A DNA stretch of 64,000 nucleotides from Gonapodya sp. JEL0774 (GCA_027604505.1 JADIIX010000020.1:1-64000); one strand, 5' to 3'. Counted from the first letter of the stretch, positions 9,931-23,239 are shown. The notes: a model not told the origin generated them from the sequence alone. Numbers and translations: made by a program.

Positions 9931-12900
9931 ATGAGTAACACCAAGGTTGCAATCATCGGTACGTGCACTGCCTCCATAAATTCGACGACAACTGCAGCAA
10001 TTCAAATGATCGACCACACGCCCAGGTGCCGGACTGAGTGGTCTCTGTATGGCCATTCAACTGAAGCGGGTTCTTGGTACAGACTCCTTTGAGATTTTTG
10101 AAGCCGCAGATTCAATCGGAGGAACTTGGGTGAGTCAAGAGGGAATCGGTGCGCCGCGGTATTCGATTCCCCGAAACCCGGGTGCATTCGAAGTTCGAGT
10201 CTATTGAAGTCCCGAGTATATTTTGTTGGTTCGAACTTCAGCATCATAACAGATATCCTGCTTGTGGATGTGACGGTGCGTACTCGATTACCTGTCTTGA
10301 AACCCGGTCTTTCCGGAATTTAATTCCTCTCCTGTCATCCACCCTCTCCACCCGCTTACAATATAGTCCCCAGCCATGTGTATCAGTTCAGTTTCGCGAT
10401 GGTTCGGAACACGATGCAATAAGTTTTGTTGCATGGAGTTCACCACTCCTTACACCACCTCAGAATCCGAATTGGAGCGCTCTGTTTGTGGGATGGGATG
10501 AAATTCGTAGCTGTGGGTGGCGAACCAATATGCGGCCACTTTTCGAGTTGTTTGATTCACTAATCTGAGTCAACAGACGTTAACAGTGTCGCTGATAAAT
10601 TCGACATTCGAAAGCGTTAGTTTACCTCGACTCGCACCTGCTGCTCGTCCTGGTATTTTTCTCAAGATGAAACACTCTCCACCTTGACTCACGGCAATAG
10701 ACGTCCACTTTCAGACGTCCCTTGTCTCGGCAACTTGGGACAAAGAGGAGTCCTACTGGCACCTCGTGCTTCGCGATTCGACCGGCAGAACGTTCGAACG
10801 TGACTTCAAAATCCTCGTTTCCGCTGTAGGGTATGTCTGTGTCGATATCTGACATCCCTGATTCTATATGAGACCTCGCAAACATCACATCGTGCTCTAT
10901 TCCTCATTTTTACCTCAGTTCACTCCACCACCCCATTATCCCCAAGATCCCTGGTGCTGAATCTTTCACAGGCCCCTCGTGGCACACCGCTCGCTGGCGC
11001 TCTGACATTCCACTCGCTGGAAAAACCATTGCCGTTGTTGGCAACGGATGTTCGGCTTGCCAGGCAGTGCCTGTCCTAGCAAAGGAGGCGAAGATGTTGT
11101 ACAATTTTGCCCGGGAGCCGCACTGGCTGGTACCACAAGTGAGCTCAATCGAGAGTGAAAGCTATACGACCTTCTTTTTTTATTCTGGTTGTTCAATTTC
11201 TGCAGCAAAACGTCGAGTTTGGTGCCGTCGCAAAATGGCTGTGAGCGGTTTATTCAAATGCGCGTGGAAGAACCCCGCATCACATTTGCACACAAACCTA
11301 TACCTTTGCGTAGTTTCCGCACTTTTCCTGTCCTCCAAAAAATGCTCTACTGGTTCTTAATTTTAGTCGTGAGTCAACTGGCCGTGTCTGATGTCGTTCG
11401 TTCTGCAGGAAGATGTTTGACAGGCTTGGGACTGGTGCAAATGCTGGGATTTTGGCATCCGCAGATGGAATCAGGTTTCAAGGCACTGAAGAAGGACTCT
11501 ACGGCCAACGTTCAGTTCCAGAGGGTTCGTAAAATGGTTTATTCCTAAGTTCATCCATCCTCTCACAGTCTCGTACGGGAGTCAGGAGCTTTCCAGCTAC
11601 ATCCTCAAAGCGGCACCGAAACGCTACCACGATTTCCTCCTTCCAAAGTACGAGGCTGGCTGCAAACGCCGGGTGTTTGACACCGGATACCTAGCATCTC
11701 TGCACAGGGAGAATGTGGAGCTTGTAACAAACAGGATAACCAGCATCAACAAGAATGGCGTGGTTACCGCAGACGGAAAACTTTTCGAAGTTGATGTGAT
11801 TATTTATGCAACTGGATTTGATGTAGGTGTGATAATCTTGGACCGCGTGACTTTAACATCAAAAAATACTGATTGATATTTTCCAGTCCCAAAACCCGTT
11901 CGGCGACGCCAAGATCATTGGATCGGATGGTGTAGATATTCATGACCGGTGGAGACTGGGCGGTGAGGCTCTCCACGGAACTGTAGTAGCGAAGAGTGAG
12001 TGCGCCACTGAGGTCTATACTGCATTATCTGAACTCACAAATAAGTTCGTGCACCCATGCACCCCATTCTCAGTGCCAAACTTCTTCATTATGATGGTGA
12101 GCTTTTTGTGGGTCTCGTGCTCTGCTCTGATTAGTGAGATCGACTGGTTCAATTACATGAAAGGGACCCAACACGGTTACGGGGTGAGTGATTAAATGCC
12201 CATCCCTGACTGTCTGAATGACGCAACCCAACTCTTTCCCAGACACATGTCCGTTATTTTTGTGAGCTAAATGCCTAATGTGACTTGACAGCGTGGGATT
12301 TAGTTGATTGGCGTTTAACAGACCACAGAATGCCAAGTTAATTATGCCCTGCAACTAATTAAGCCCCTGCTTGGATCTGTCAAAAGCTTTGAGCCGCGGC
12401 TGGAAATTCAGACTACGTACAATGAGTACCTTCAAAGCAAGATGAAAGAAATGGTGGTAAGTATGTTCTTGTGAAATTAAAGGTTAGGACAAGCACACTT
12501 ATTTGATTATTTATTTGCAGTGGCTAGGATCATGCAAGTCTTGGTACTTGAATGCAGAGGGGAAGAACACTACTTTATATCCTGGTAGGAGTCTGGTCGA
12601 TTCGGTGGTTGCAACTGTCATTTCATTCGCGTGCTTCTTCAATTTCAAGACTTGCAATTGCAGTACTGGTGGGTTTATCGAAGCGTTGAAAAGGAATAAT
12701 CTCTTACAATTCGATTCTAAAATCAAACCAATTACCCCTCATGCAGGCGCGAGACTTCGAAGGTCAACTTCTCTGACTTCCTCCAGATTGGGGGAAAGAC
12801 CTACCGTGGAGAACCCAGCCACGTAACCGTTTTAGGTGTATCAGCACTGGTATTGGCGGCTGTGGGACTCGGTGTAGCGGCTCTGGAACCTGCGTTGCCG

Positions 12901-12978
12901 AATACAATCACCAAAAGCGTGCTGCAAATATTCACCGAAAATGGGAAACGTCTCCTAGATTGGGTGTCCAGGAACTGA
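9931..12978 (+). CDS. Flavin-containing monooxygenase, Baeyer-Villiger (BVMO) type, many short exons, hydrophobic C-terminal anchor
   Basis: KVAIIGAGLSG, IGGTW...YPACGCDVPSH, BVMO fingerprint [11 protein letters not shown], second Rossmann motif [43 protein letters not shown]. Confidence 0.9.
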
Positions 12979-13198
12979 TTTTAGAGGACCAACAATGTTA
13001 AATAATAGAGTTTACAATAACTTTGTAGTTGCTATTTGCATTTTTTTTTCAACAAATCAAGTGAAAAAGATAAAGTAAATTGGAGCTTGTTGTTTCGGGT
13101 TGGGACATCACAACTGTCTCCACATCCTACCTCGTCGATTCCATCTTTGCCTCGACAACTTTCTGGAATAAGTCCCTTTCGCCCGGTCATCTGGCGAA

Positions 13199-14759
13199 AT
13201 GGCAGTTTCAGGAGACGCCAACGGAAGGCTCATTGATTCAATCGAGGAAGGAACTTTTGACCTCCTTCAGATCGCTCTGAGGAATGGCGGCGACCCTAAC
13301 GTCAGGAAGCGCATCGTGCTCAAGGCTCGGTACTTGCTGGAAAAGAATTTGTACAGCCACGAGGACAAGTATGTCAACGGAACGGATTCTCAGTTGGGTG
13401 AGAGCGCACTTGTCTTGGCGATCAAAAGCCAGAGGGTAGATATAGTCAGGGCGCTACTTGAGCATGGTGAGTTTGAATTGTCGGGTTTTTGTGCAGTTGT
13501 TTACCGGGCAGGGCAATCAGTTTGCAACTCTCATTGCCACTTTGTGCTTGCACGACAACTGCGGAAGAAGATACGGGCTTGCTACTTATATGCGGGCTGA
13601 CGTTGCACTGAAGTCTCAATTCTCGACTCTTATCTAGGAGCCGACCCCAACCGTCCTGTCGACTGGCTTATTCCGGATTTCCTGAAATCACAAGACTCCA
13701 AAAAGTGGGATCAAGAACGATGGAACACTCGATGGGCATCGCACAGAGCTTATCCGAGTGCTTTGGACTTTGCGCTTTTCTCAGGTCGCGAGAAGTTCAA
13801 TCTCAAGGGACCTGTTGTGCAACTCGATAACCCATCTTTGGAACGCCATGTCTGCTCGTCTGTAATACTCTTCCCTAACCCCGACGTCATCAAAGTTATG
13901 TTGCAACTTGGGGCTATTCCGACTGTGACAGCGTATGAGAAGGCAAAGCGACTGGCGCACGCAGACAATCCCAACCCTGTTTTTCTTCGCCTCTTGGAGA
14001 ATACGTTACATCCGAAGTTCCAACGTGAAACTCTCGCTGCAAACTTTCTGCGGGGTGGTCCTAACAGTGCGCACAATGCTGCCCGCGCAGCAAATAGTCA
14101 CGCCACACTGCACACTCCCGATGCCTCTGTCTCTCCAGCAGAGTTACAAAGACAACTAGCAGATCTTCAACAACTCGTTCAAGAACAACGTTCACGGATC
14201 GAAGAGCTGGAGATGGAAAATCGAAAGCTTGTTTTTGAGGTTGCGGGACTGAAGCGGGATGACCGCGAAAGTCCTGGTGGAAGGGCTGTTAGCGTTGTAC
14301 CCAGTAATTCTGAAGGGGATCCAGAAGACGCTGAGGGTGATGTACCACTCAACCTGGTCCAAGAGCAGGGTAAACGGAAGCCGTACTCGGTGAGTGGCTC
14401 TTAGAAAATACTTCTCAGCACACGATCCCAATAACCACCGCTCATCCTATCAGCTTGGGGTGGGCGCGTCTCCTCAGATCCGTGTTCCTTCACCGGTGCC
14501 TCCTCAGCTTCCGATGCCTCAATACCCTCAGCAACAATTCTACCCGGGAGGAGTAATGCCCTCCATGATGCCTTCCATGATATCTGTTCAGCCGATGATG
14601 CCCTCGTACCCATCATACCAACCGATGGGAATGCCGGCATTCATGCCACCTTTTGGAAACCAATCACAGCCAGGGCCTGCACCAATTGCCACCACCCCAG
14701 CAGCCGCCGAAGCATCCACAGCAGATTATAGGCAGTTCATGTTTCGAACTAACGAGTAG
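13199..14759 (+). CDS. Atypical ankyrin-like domain protein with coiled coil and Pro/Met-rich tail
   Basis: GGDPNVRKRIVL, GESALVLAIKSQRVDIVRALLEHGADPN, YPSALDFAL; coiled coil ELQRQLADLQQLVQEQRSRIEELE; introns near 13468-13638 and 14390-14453. Confidence 0.75.
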
Positions 14760-14900
14760 TATTACATATTTGCAGAATACATCCAAACTATACATTGTAT
14801 CGCATTATTGTTCGCACATTGATTTACTGTATTTTCGGAACAAAAAATAATAAGTGAACTTGGACGAAATGCCATAAATAAAAGCCATACTCTGTCGAAA

Positions 14901-17900
14901 TTAACGTCTCTTTCGCCCATCTACCCCTGAATCCGAGGCAGCGTACGTAGATCGAACTTTGTCCAATTGTTTGTGTTTCAGAACTTGCCCAGGTGGTGGT
15001 CGCCACGATTCCCTCGACGGAGGCAACATCAAATTCATTGTGCCAGGAGGTCCCATCGTCTGCACAGGTCCCATCACTGGCATAGTTGCCATGGCAGGAA
15101 GAGACCCCAGAAGGGGCGAAAACGGCTGTGGATGAAAGCCATATGGAAGCATGGGCTGTTGATACCCCGGGACCGGAGAAAAAAATGGAGAGGATGACAT
15201 CATCTGCATCCCGGAAGTTACCATAGGATGCATTCCGGTATGCATAATAAACGGTTGCTGGGGTGTATGAGGGGGGGCATTTATGGGGTACTGGTATGTA
15301 ACAATCTGCGGTTGGGATTGCGCTAAATTGGGATTTCTCGAAAGTGTTCCGGCAGGCAAACCAGTTGGGGAAGAAGGAAACCGCGAATTGCGAGCTCTGG
15401 AAGTTGAGGCGACGCTCATTGTTGGAGACGTTGGTCGATGGTCGGGGACCACTCCCCGAGAGGGAATAACCTGCGTGTGTGCTGCGACAACTGCAGGGGA
15501 AGGACTCCCATTTGTCAGAGCTGCGTTCGGCAGTTTCTCCTCCGTAGCCAAAAGCCGTGTAAGGACTTGGGGTCTTACAGGCACTTTCTGTGTCACGGGG
15601 ACGAGCACGCAAATTACTGAAAGTACAATAAAGTGGTCATCGAAGTCAGCTTACCGGTAACATCACGCTCTCACTTCCTGACGGAGTCCTGTATTCAAGC
15701 TTCCTTGAATTGGAAGGACCAATGGATGTTAGAGGGATATCATCCTCATCAGACTCCTCCTGAAGCGAAGGATGAATGCTGGTGGACACAGTATCAATCT
15801 GATGAACTTCCGACAAATGAGAAACGGTTTCAGAAGCAACACCGTGCAAAGTCGAAGGAGCAAAGGTTGACACCTGATTTTTCTAATCAGATTACGAAGT
15901 TAGAAGGCGGAGCCGACAGAGCTGGAGCGCTGGAAATAGTACCATCTCGTCATTGTCATCCTTTACTATCAGTGCTTTTGAGTCTCTTGCGAATTGAAGG
16001 GCCGCCCATTCAATATCCATGGGAGATTCCTTCTTTGGCGAGGCATACAGCACGTTGTTGTTCATCTTTACTGCTGCAGATCGAGCAAGCACAGGGGCAG
16101 ATGAGACAGTTCGCAATTCAGGAGGCGGTTGGTTGATTGCGGGCTCCGCTGATGGCGCGATGGATTCGGAGTAGGAAAACGCACTGGACGGTCGACTCGG
16201 AGCCTGCAAAGAAAATGCCCATATATTTAGTTGTTCGTGGGTGAATTGCGATACTGCGCCTTTCGAGCACAAACTTCGATCATTACCTCTCTCACCATCA
16301 ACTCCTGTTCCACTTCGTAAGGTGCAGCGACTAGACTTCTTCCTCCGTTCGGTCCGACAAGCTCCACGTCGAATTCGGACTGGCCATATTGGCCACTTCC
16401 GCTTTCGGAGGACAAAAGCTTGAGCTCAAGAGGCATTGAGAAATCGAAAGATAATGATATTGGTGGGATGGGTAATTTGGCAGCGCCCTCCGGAGAGGCA
16501 GAGGGCCCCACAGTGGGAGATGGAGAATCAATCTTGCAGAGGGGGGTTTCGGACTTAAAGTACACAGCAGCTGTCGTTGGTTGACTACTGGGTACGTCAA
16601 TGGGACCACCCTGTGAACTTGTCGCGGCGTCGATGCCGTCTCTTTGAGCTTTCTCGGTGGCATTTTCAACTAAAGGTGGAGCAGCACGGGAACTTAAAGC
16701 GTTACCGCCGCCCTGACTAGACGCTGCAATGGTTCGTCTTGGGTTTATTGACCAAGCAAGTGGCACGTCATCCTCGACATCTTGACCGATAGGGATCGTC
16801 TTCTAAGCAATAGAAGATGACACATCGCACTTTCCGTAAACAAAAGAGGAAAAACAAAACCTCATTCCCCAACCGCTCACATTGATACCACAATCGTCAC
16901 TCGATTCTTGCTGCCCCAATGGTCTCGATAAAGTACGATCAGTTGAGTCAGTGGGGGAGCGACACAGGTGATCCCCGTTCTCAGGATTGACAGTATGAGA
17001 TGACAATTTAAACCCCTGCAAATTTATACACGTCAGCAGCAAATCAGATAAGAGAAATATCGAATCACGCACTTCCTCCACAGAAAAGACGGACGAGACC
17101 GGGTGCTCAATTGCGTCAGTCACAGTACCGTGCGACACAGGTTGTGTCTTACGACCAGCTTGAATACTGCCAGTTTCAACCTTCAGACGCCGCCAAACAA
17201 AGCTCGATGATCGGGAAAGTGGGCGTTCTCGTGTCTGAGGCTCCTGCGTGGGTGTGTCATTCGTACGGGTGGTATGTCGATTATTGTTGAGCTCAGTAGT
17301 ACTCCACATAGGGGAGGGAAGGATGGTGGACTCTTCCGTCGATTCACTCTGAATGATTCCGTAGTGTATCGAGCCAGCCTTGCCTCTTCCAAATAGTCCC
17401 AGCCAGCTCCCAATCGGTTTCCGCTCGGTTCCCAGTCGACGTTCGTCCACCGGGATCGACATTCGCCGTTGTGACTCAGGCAATGAGCTCAAGTTTGCTC
17501 CAGTGGTAGGTCGAGGCAGCATCGCGGGTAGACTCCGCAGCTCTGAGGTTGCTGGCTGAGGCTCTCGAGGTTCAAAGAATTTGGATGCTTGCAATCTGGC
17601 AGACCCGTCGTCGGAAGTTGAGATCATCTTCGTCCCCGTCATGTTTGATGAGCTGCTTGATGTTCCTGAACCTCCAACGGATGCATCTGATCGGTCGGAT
17701 GACATTAGATCTGTTTCCGGCGCGGCGGTAATCAAATGCGTTCCATTGGAAAGAGTGCTCGTTGCAAGCAGTGACGAACGGGTGGACGTTGTCTCCGGGA
17801 GCATATCTGCGGCCACGGACAACGACATTTGTGAAGGTGTGATACTAGGTAGCAAGTCTGGCAAAGCCACCGGAGGTTGCTCTTGGTCCCTACTCAGAAC

Positions 17901-19752
17901 TGTCGAGGTTTCCATTGATTCTATGCCATCAACTTTGGATGGCAGCGACATCTTGCCCTTTTCGTGATCAACCATGGTCCCATCCACAAAAAGCTCTATT
18001 GCCCTCCAATCCATTCCGAGAATGTCAGGTGAAAATTCTACCTCACTGGTTGTTGTGATGGGAGAGGCGACCACCCGAGGAGCAGCATAGGTTCCACCCG
18101 ATTCAGCCAATACTGCTTGCGATCCTTCCACCGCAGAAAGTATGATCGCGGGTTCTCGCAGAGGCTGAGCTTCTACGTCAAGTACAGGAGGATGTTCTCC
18201 GACTGCAGGTTCTGTGAATTGCAATTCCGGACCATAGTTGTTAGAGGAACTCTGCATCGTAATTTCGCGGGAGCCTTGTCTCGTCTTCTCTAATCCACTT
18301 CCGACCAGAATATTCTCAGAGCTACCGGGATCTACAACGGAGACACCGTCCGGTGGGGTAAGGTTGAAGAACCGGCGGGGGGGAGGCACGAAGATTGGCG
18401 CCTGCTCCTCAACAGATGATTCACTGTTCACAGAGCTGATAGGCTTGGAGTCCGTTAAGACTATGGTTTGAAGGTTTTGAGGCGATCTCAAAGCAGCTAT
18501 CAGTTGTACGGTGGCAAGATTGAGTTACTTCATCGCTCCGAAACCAATGCTCAGGGTGCACCTCACCATCGACAATTGAATCTGCAGGAGACTCAAAGGA
18601 TCGCACCACAGCGTCAAGGTCGGAGAGAAGAGCAACCGAAAATGGTCCAGTAGGGGTATGGAAAGGAGGAGGAGTCGATGACTCAGTTTCTGAGCCAGAT
18701 TGACTCAGAGGATTTGAGGATTCTACAGAGGAAACATGGGGACCAGCTGGGGTGAATTGTTTGGGTCGGGATAAAGGTTCTGTATGCTGATGTTTTCGCT
18801 GTAATTTTCCACCAGATCCCTTCCCGAAATCTGCAAGAGCTTCCGCAAATCTCGTTTCATCAAGTAACCATGCTCTTGAGTATACACTTTGAGTGGCAGC
18901 AGCACCCCATTCTAGAAGTTGTTGTACAATTTCCAAGTTCGGCTCCAGTCGTCTGCTGTCCGAGCACTGGGACTCGGAAGTGGGATTCTCCAGAACCACA
19001 CGACTTCCTGACTTATTGAAACGTTCCAGGCCGCGGTGGAGAGCGAAATCAAGAGCCGAGGGGAATGAACGGGAAATCGACCACCGCTTCACCCAATGAG
19101 AAGCAGTCCACGAAGTATGTGGTGGAGGTGGAACGGGAATAGACCAAGATATGGCCAGAGAAGGATTTGCACCTACAGGAGCATGAGCCGTCGTTAAACC
19201 ACCTGCGCTCAAATCTACCAGCAAGCTCCACTGCTTTGAAGGCACATCTGGTACTCCTCTTTCCAAGCACTTGTGCATTGTGAAATCATACTTTAAGTGT
19301 GCCTAGACTCCACTGACACAACTGAAACTCCATTTCCGCTTCAACCGCTTCAACGAGAAGCTCAGCAACACTTCCTTCCACTGCGGCGAGCACCACATGA
19401 TCGTCTTAGATATTACAACAACCAGGACGCATGTGGTTGTTGGGAGGCGATTAAAGTGACTGAACTTACCAGCTTCAAGAAGGGCGCCTACAGCCTCTTT
19501 ATCCCCGAAAGAGATCGCTGTTGCCAAAGCACTCTCCCCCGCGATTTCGTCCTCTACTGTCGTGAAGGTTTTTGAGAAAGATTTCTTCTCGGAGATGATC
19601 GCAGACAAATGAACGATCTTTTGGGAGTCCGGGTTCGTCCCTTTCAGCGCTGTTCGTAGTCCAAAGTAATCCTTTCTCTCGATAGCTTCGAACAGAATTG
19701 ACGTTGAGGGCGAAATGCCGGTTTTGCCTTGGGTGAGCACCATCGCTTGCAA
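14901..19752 (-). CDS. Large protein with the same atypical ankyrin-like N-terminal domain followed by long Ser/Pro-rich disordered regions
   Basis: GESALATAISFGDKEAVGALLEAG..ANPSLAISWSIP..RWSISRSFPSALDFAL; long open minus-strand exons 18421-19278, 16803-18491, 16227-16766 and 14901-15608. Internal exon joins approximate. Confidence 0.7.
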
Positions 19753-19930
19753 TGGGCACCCCCGCCAAAGAACGATCGGGAGTCAAGGGGGGGCGCGGAA
19801 GGATATTTTCTGGTCGTGTGCCCTGCTCAAGATTGTCGTTACCGAAATCGCGGGGTGGTGGGGTTAAGCCGGACCTTCGTCCTTCCCTGGAACTGTGTCA
19901 CCACCTTTTCTCCGAAACAAAATTCTTTGG

Positions 19931-21149
19931 ATGAGCGCCCCATTGAAAGTTCACGGAAATCCGCTCTCTACGTGCACTCGCAGGGTTTTGTTTGTTCTAA
20001 GAGAAAAAGGCATACCTTATGAGCTGATTCCTGTTGATTTGAAAGCCGGGGAGCACAAGGTGAGTTGAGGTCACGGGGAAGGTGAAGCTGCGATTCTGGA
20101 GCATTGTATAAAATGGATCCCATAATAGTTCAATTGGATGAACTCTTTGTCCCTTGCATGACTCTGGGAGGATGCAGCACACATGATGAGACGTCTCTTC
20201 CATTGCTCAGTCCCCCGACTTCCTAAAAATTCAACCTTTCGGTCAAATTCCCGTATTGCAAGATGGTGACTTCACGATGTTCGGTGAGTTGGGATCTCTA
20301 TGGCAGTGGGAGGTGGATGTTGAGAACTGTTACCCCGTTCCACAGAATCGCGAGCGATATGCCGTTATATTGAGCGAAAGTATGATGATAAAGGTACGAA
20401 GCTGATGCCAGACGGCATCAGGGAAGCCGCTATTGTCGAAAACTGGTGTTCGGTGGAGCAGGTTAGAACTAAGAACAGAGCGTCGTTTGCTGGGTTTGGC
20501 CAGGTGACGAAACTTCAACCATTTAGGCCATTTTCGACCCACCGTGCTCCGGCCTTGTCTCAGAGCTACTCTTCAAGAAGAGTAGGGGCTTGGAGCACGA
20601 CCAGGTGAGAGCTCGCGTGTTGGTACGGCAGCTGGAGGACGTCATGGAAGTATACGAAAGGCACTTGGCCGATGGGAGGGAGTGGCTGTGTGGTAAATTT
20701 TCGGTAAGTCAATTCATATTCATAAAATTTTACTACTGTGTCATTCATATCAACGAAAAGCTGGCAGATATTTTTCATGCGCCGTACGGCGTCTACTTGG
20801 CACCGGTCGGGGTATGTGGCCCATATTTACCTTAAGTTTTTTCAACTTCGGAATGATCTGTTAATCTTTTGCGCCATATCCTTGCATACTTGGTCCGCAT
20901 GCGTGTCCTCTCCTCTCTCTCCATTTTCCGCGTCGTCTTCACTCCCCCACTGCCACTCTCGAACTGGGTCTCGTGTGTTCAACACCTGCACGATTTAACC
21001 ACACCTGCCACTGCTGTGGCCCACATCGTTAATCTGAGTAGCTTCTACCCATACTGACGACTCCTTCGCGCCCTCACGTTAAAGCTTGGTGGGAGCGATT
21101 AACTTCGAGGCAAGCCTGGCGAGAAGTTGAGGAGGGAGTTTTGGGCTAA
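19931..21149 (+). CDS. Glutathione S-transferase, Phi-like class
   Basis: LKVHGNPLSTCTRRVLFVLREKGIPYELIPVDLKAGEHK, QPFGQIPVLQDGDFTMFESRAICRYI, LADIFHAPY, RPHVKAWWERLTSRQAW. Confidence 0.92.
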
Positions 21150-21349
21150 TTTATGATGTCAGCAAAGCACTGGTGCACATCCCTTCCATTGTGGCGATAC
21201 TATCGTGAATCTGAGTAGCTTCTAGCCATCCTGACGATTCCTTCACGCCCTCACGTTAAAGCTTGGTAGGAGCGATTAACTTCGAGGCAAGCCTGGCGAG
21301 AAGTTGAGGAGGGAGTTTTGGGATAATTTATGATGTCAGCAAAACACTG
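21015..21349 (+). repeat. Tandem duplication (period 177 bp) of the GST last exon with its acceptor site and proximal 3' UTR
   Basis: AATCTGAGTAGCTTCT at 21031 and 21208. The copies are near-identical; copy 2 has TGG>TAG at 21267. Confidence 0.92.
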
Positions 21350-21531
21350 ATTCTTCGACATGAAACTATTTATGTACGTACGAACACAATGCGTGATATT
21401 ATTTTCGCTGCGTACCATCCAGGAACCCTTCCATGATCATTGTGGCGATATCATCAGGCACCTCCGCGATCGTGGATGAGCCATAAATAATCACCATTCC
21501 AAAATATACCCTTCAGGCTCTCTCTTTCTCC

Positions 21532-22093
21532 ATGTCTGATCAGCTATCATCAAGTTTCTCTCCACAATCTCCCCGCTCGGGGCAGAAAGCCGCAATTGCA
21601 TCTCTAAATCGTCCCGCGCACGGCGCAACGGAGTACGCACCTTTCCCAAGACTTCCACCAGAGCTCTTCGTCCATCACATACTCCCCAACCTTATTCCCG
21701 AGTACAGCTCGCGTGGGCCCTCTCAGCTGGAGAATTCCCAGCGGGAAGTTGCACTCATCTCCCTTTCCAACACATGTCGTCAATGGAGGTTGTTTACTCT
21801 ACCTCACTTTGCACGACTCTGGAGCTTCAAACTTTTAGGTCATCGGGGGATAAACTGGCAAACTTCATCACAACTGTCAAGGGGGGAATTGGCTATTGGA
21901 AGAATGCGGTTCTTGGTTGCGGTGGTGAACGAGAGGAAAAAGGAACAACAATACCGAGGAAAAGCAGAGTGGGGAGGTTTACGCATGATTGACTCTTCCA
22001 TGGCACATCGGCGCAGTGTGTACGCATGAACGCTAACCTGTCATCGTGGATCCAGGGCTCGCGTCACTTGCACGGATGACCGCTGCTCACTAG
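21532..22093 (+). CDS. Short F-box-like protein, possibly truncated
   Basis: FPRLPPELFVHHILPNL ... LISLSNTCRQWRLFTLP resembles a split F-box; one putative intron before TAG at 22091. Confidence 0.45.
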
Positions 22094-22183
22094 ATCATAG
22101 AATAGATCGCAATTTAGTGTTGTGTAGATTCTTCTCTTGAAATTTGCCATCGTACACTTTCTTTGACGTATCACGTGCCCAAA

Positions 22184-22991
22184 CTAAGCATTCCCGATAA
22201 TCTTCGCCTTTGTAAGCTCGACGACTGCGATGGAAATACGCGACATCGATGAGTTAGTCATACAGGGACCATAGTGGGATATTCGAATTGTCAACCCACC
22301 AATGAACGGAACGGCAAAGAAAGTACCAAAAAGGCCCACGACCCATCTGCCAGCATGGTCCGCGTGAAAGGGAAGAGCCTGTGGGAACGGATTATAGCCG
22401 AGTTTAGTAAACATTATTGCAATTGGTAGGTATTGTTACCAACGGTAAAAGGGAGATTACAAAGAGTGTTCAGGCACGGCCGAGCTGCGCAAGAGTTCCT
22501 TCAGCTCCATCCACCAGCCCACTGAGAGAGTTTCAGCAGCAGGGACGCACGGCACAGCAAAGCGAACTCTTGGCTCCATAACTTCGGCATTAGGTTGGAT
22601 GGCAATTGAAGTCACGACTTTGCGCACAACAAATGCAGTCCCGTCCAGCTTCCCAGACCATAGTGTATGGAATTTCACATGTCGCATCCCAGACCAGAGT
22701 GTAGGCAATGTTACTCGTCGTATTCCACGATTGCCTCATATCCCAGACAATCCAGTACACAATGGCCGCCTCGCACCAACACTCTCATCCACAAAAATCC
22801 GAACGAAGAACTGGTACAACTTTCACGTGTTCATACAAGGCATCTGTAGACTGAAAAGTACTCACACCCTTTGGTGTGCCAGCATTGTGGAAGACCCACG
22901 GATCGTGGTGGCCCTCCGACGATGCGAATCTGCGCTGCATAGAGCGGCTCACAGTGTTTGCGGAGCGCAGCAGAGAAACACGGGGAATCAT
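22184..22991 (-). CDS. Cytochrome c oxidase subunit VIIc (yeast Cox8)-like protein with presequence and extended N-terminus
   Basis: Presequence-like MIPRVSLLRSANTVSRSMQRRFASS. Spliced C-terminus ALPFHADHAGRWVVGLFGTFFAVPFIVVELTK follows the COX7C pattern LPF....W......F...F..PF.VV. Confidence 0.55.
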
Positions 22992-23239
22992 CGTCTGGCA
23001 GTATGCAGCGTGAGGGGCACAAAAACGAGATCACGGGAGCGTATGGTTGGGAGGGAAAGGGTGATGGGAGAGCGAAAAATTGAGCATGCCTCATGCTTGG
23101 GCAGAAAAGGCAGGAGACGTCAAACAGTGGGAACTTACGGTTGGAGAGAGTGTGGAGTGAAGAGTTCGTGGTTGAGTCACCTCCAGAGAAACTGGAGCGC
23201 ACTGCTTGGCTGAGCAGCACCACCAACAATGCATTTTTT

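Noticed and set aside
22440..22530. In-frame TGA in one splice model of the COX7C-like gene (selenocysteine?)
   Set aside because: An alternative donor (GCC/GTGCCT) gives a stop-free model; no SECIS or redox motif seen.
22650..22760. Spaced short repeats resembling a mini-CRISPR or snoRNA
   Set aside because: Only three degenerate ~16-nt units with irregular spacing, eukaryotic context, no cas genes, no convincing C/D boxes.
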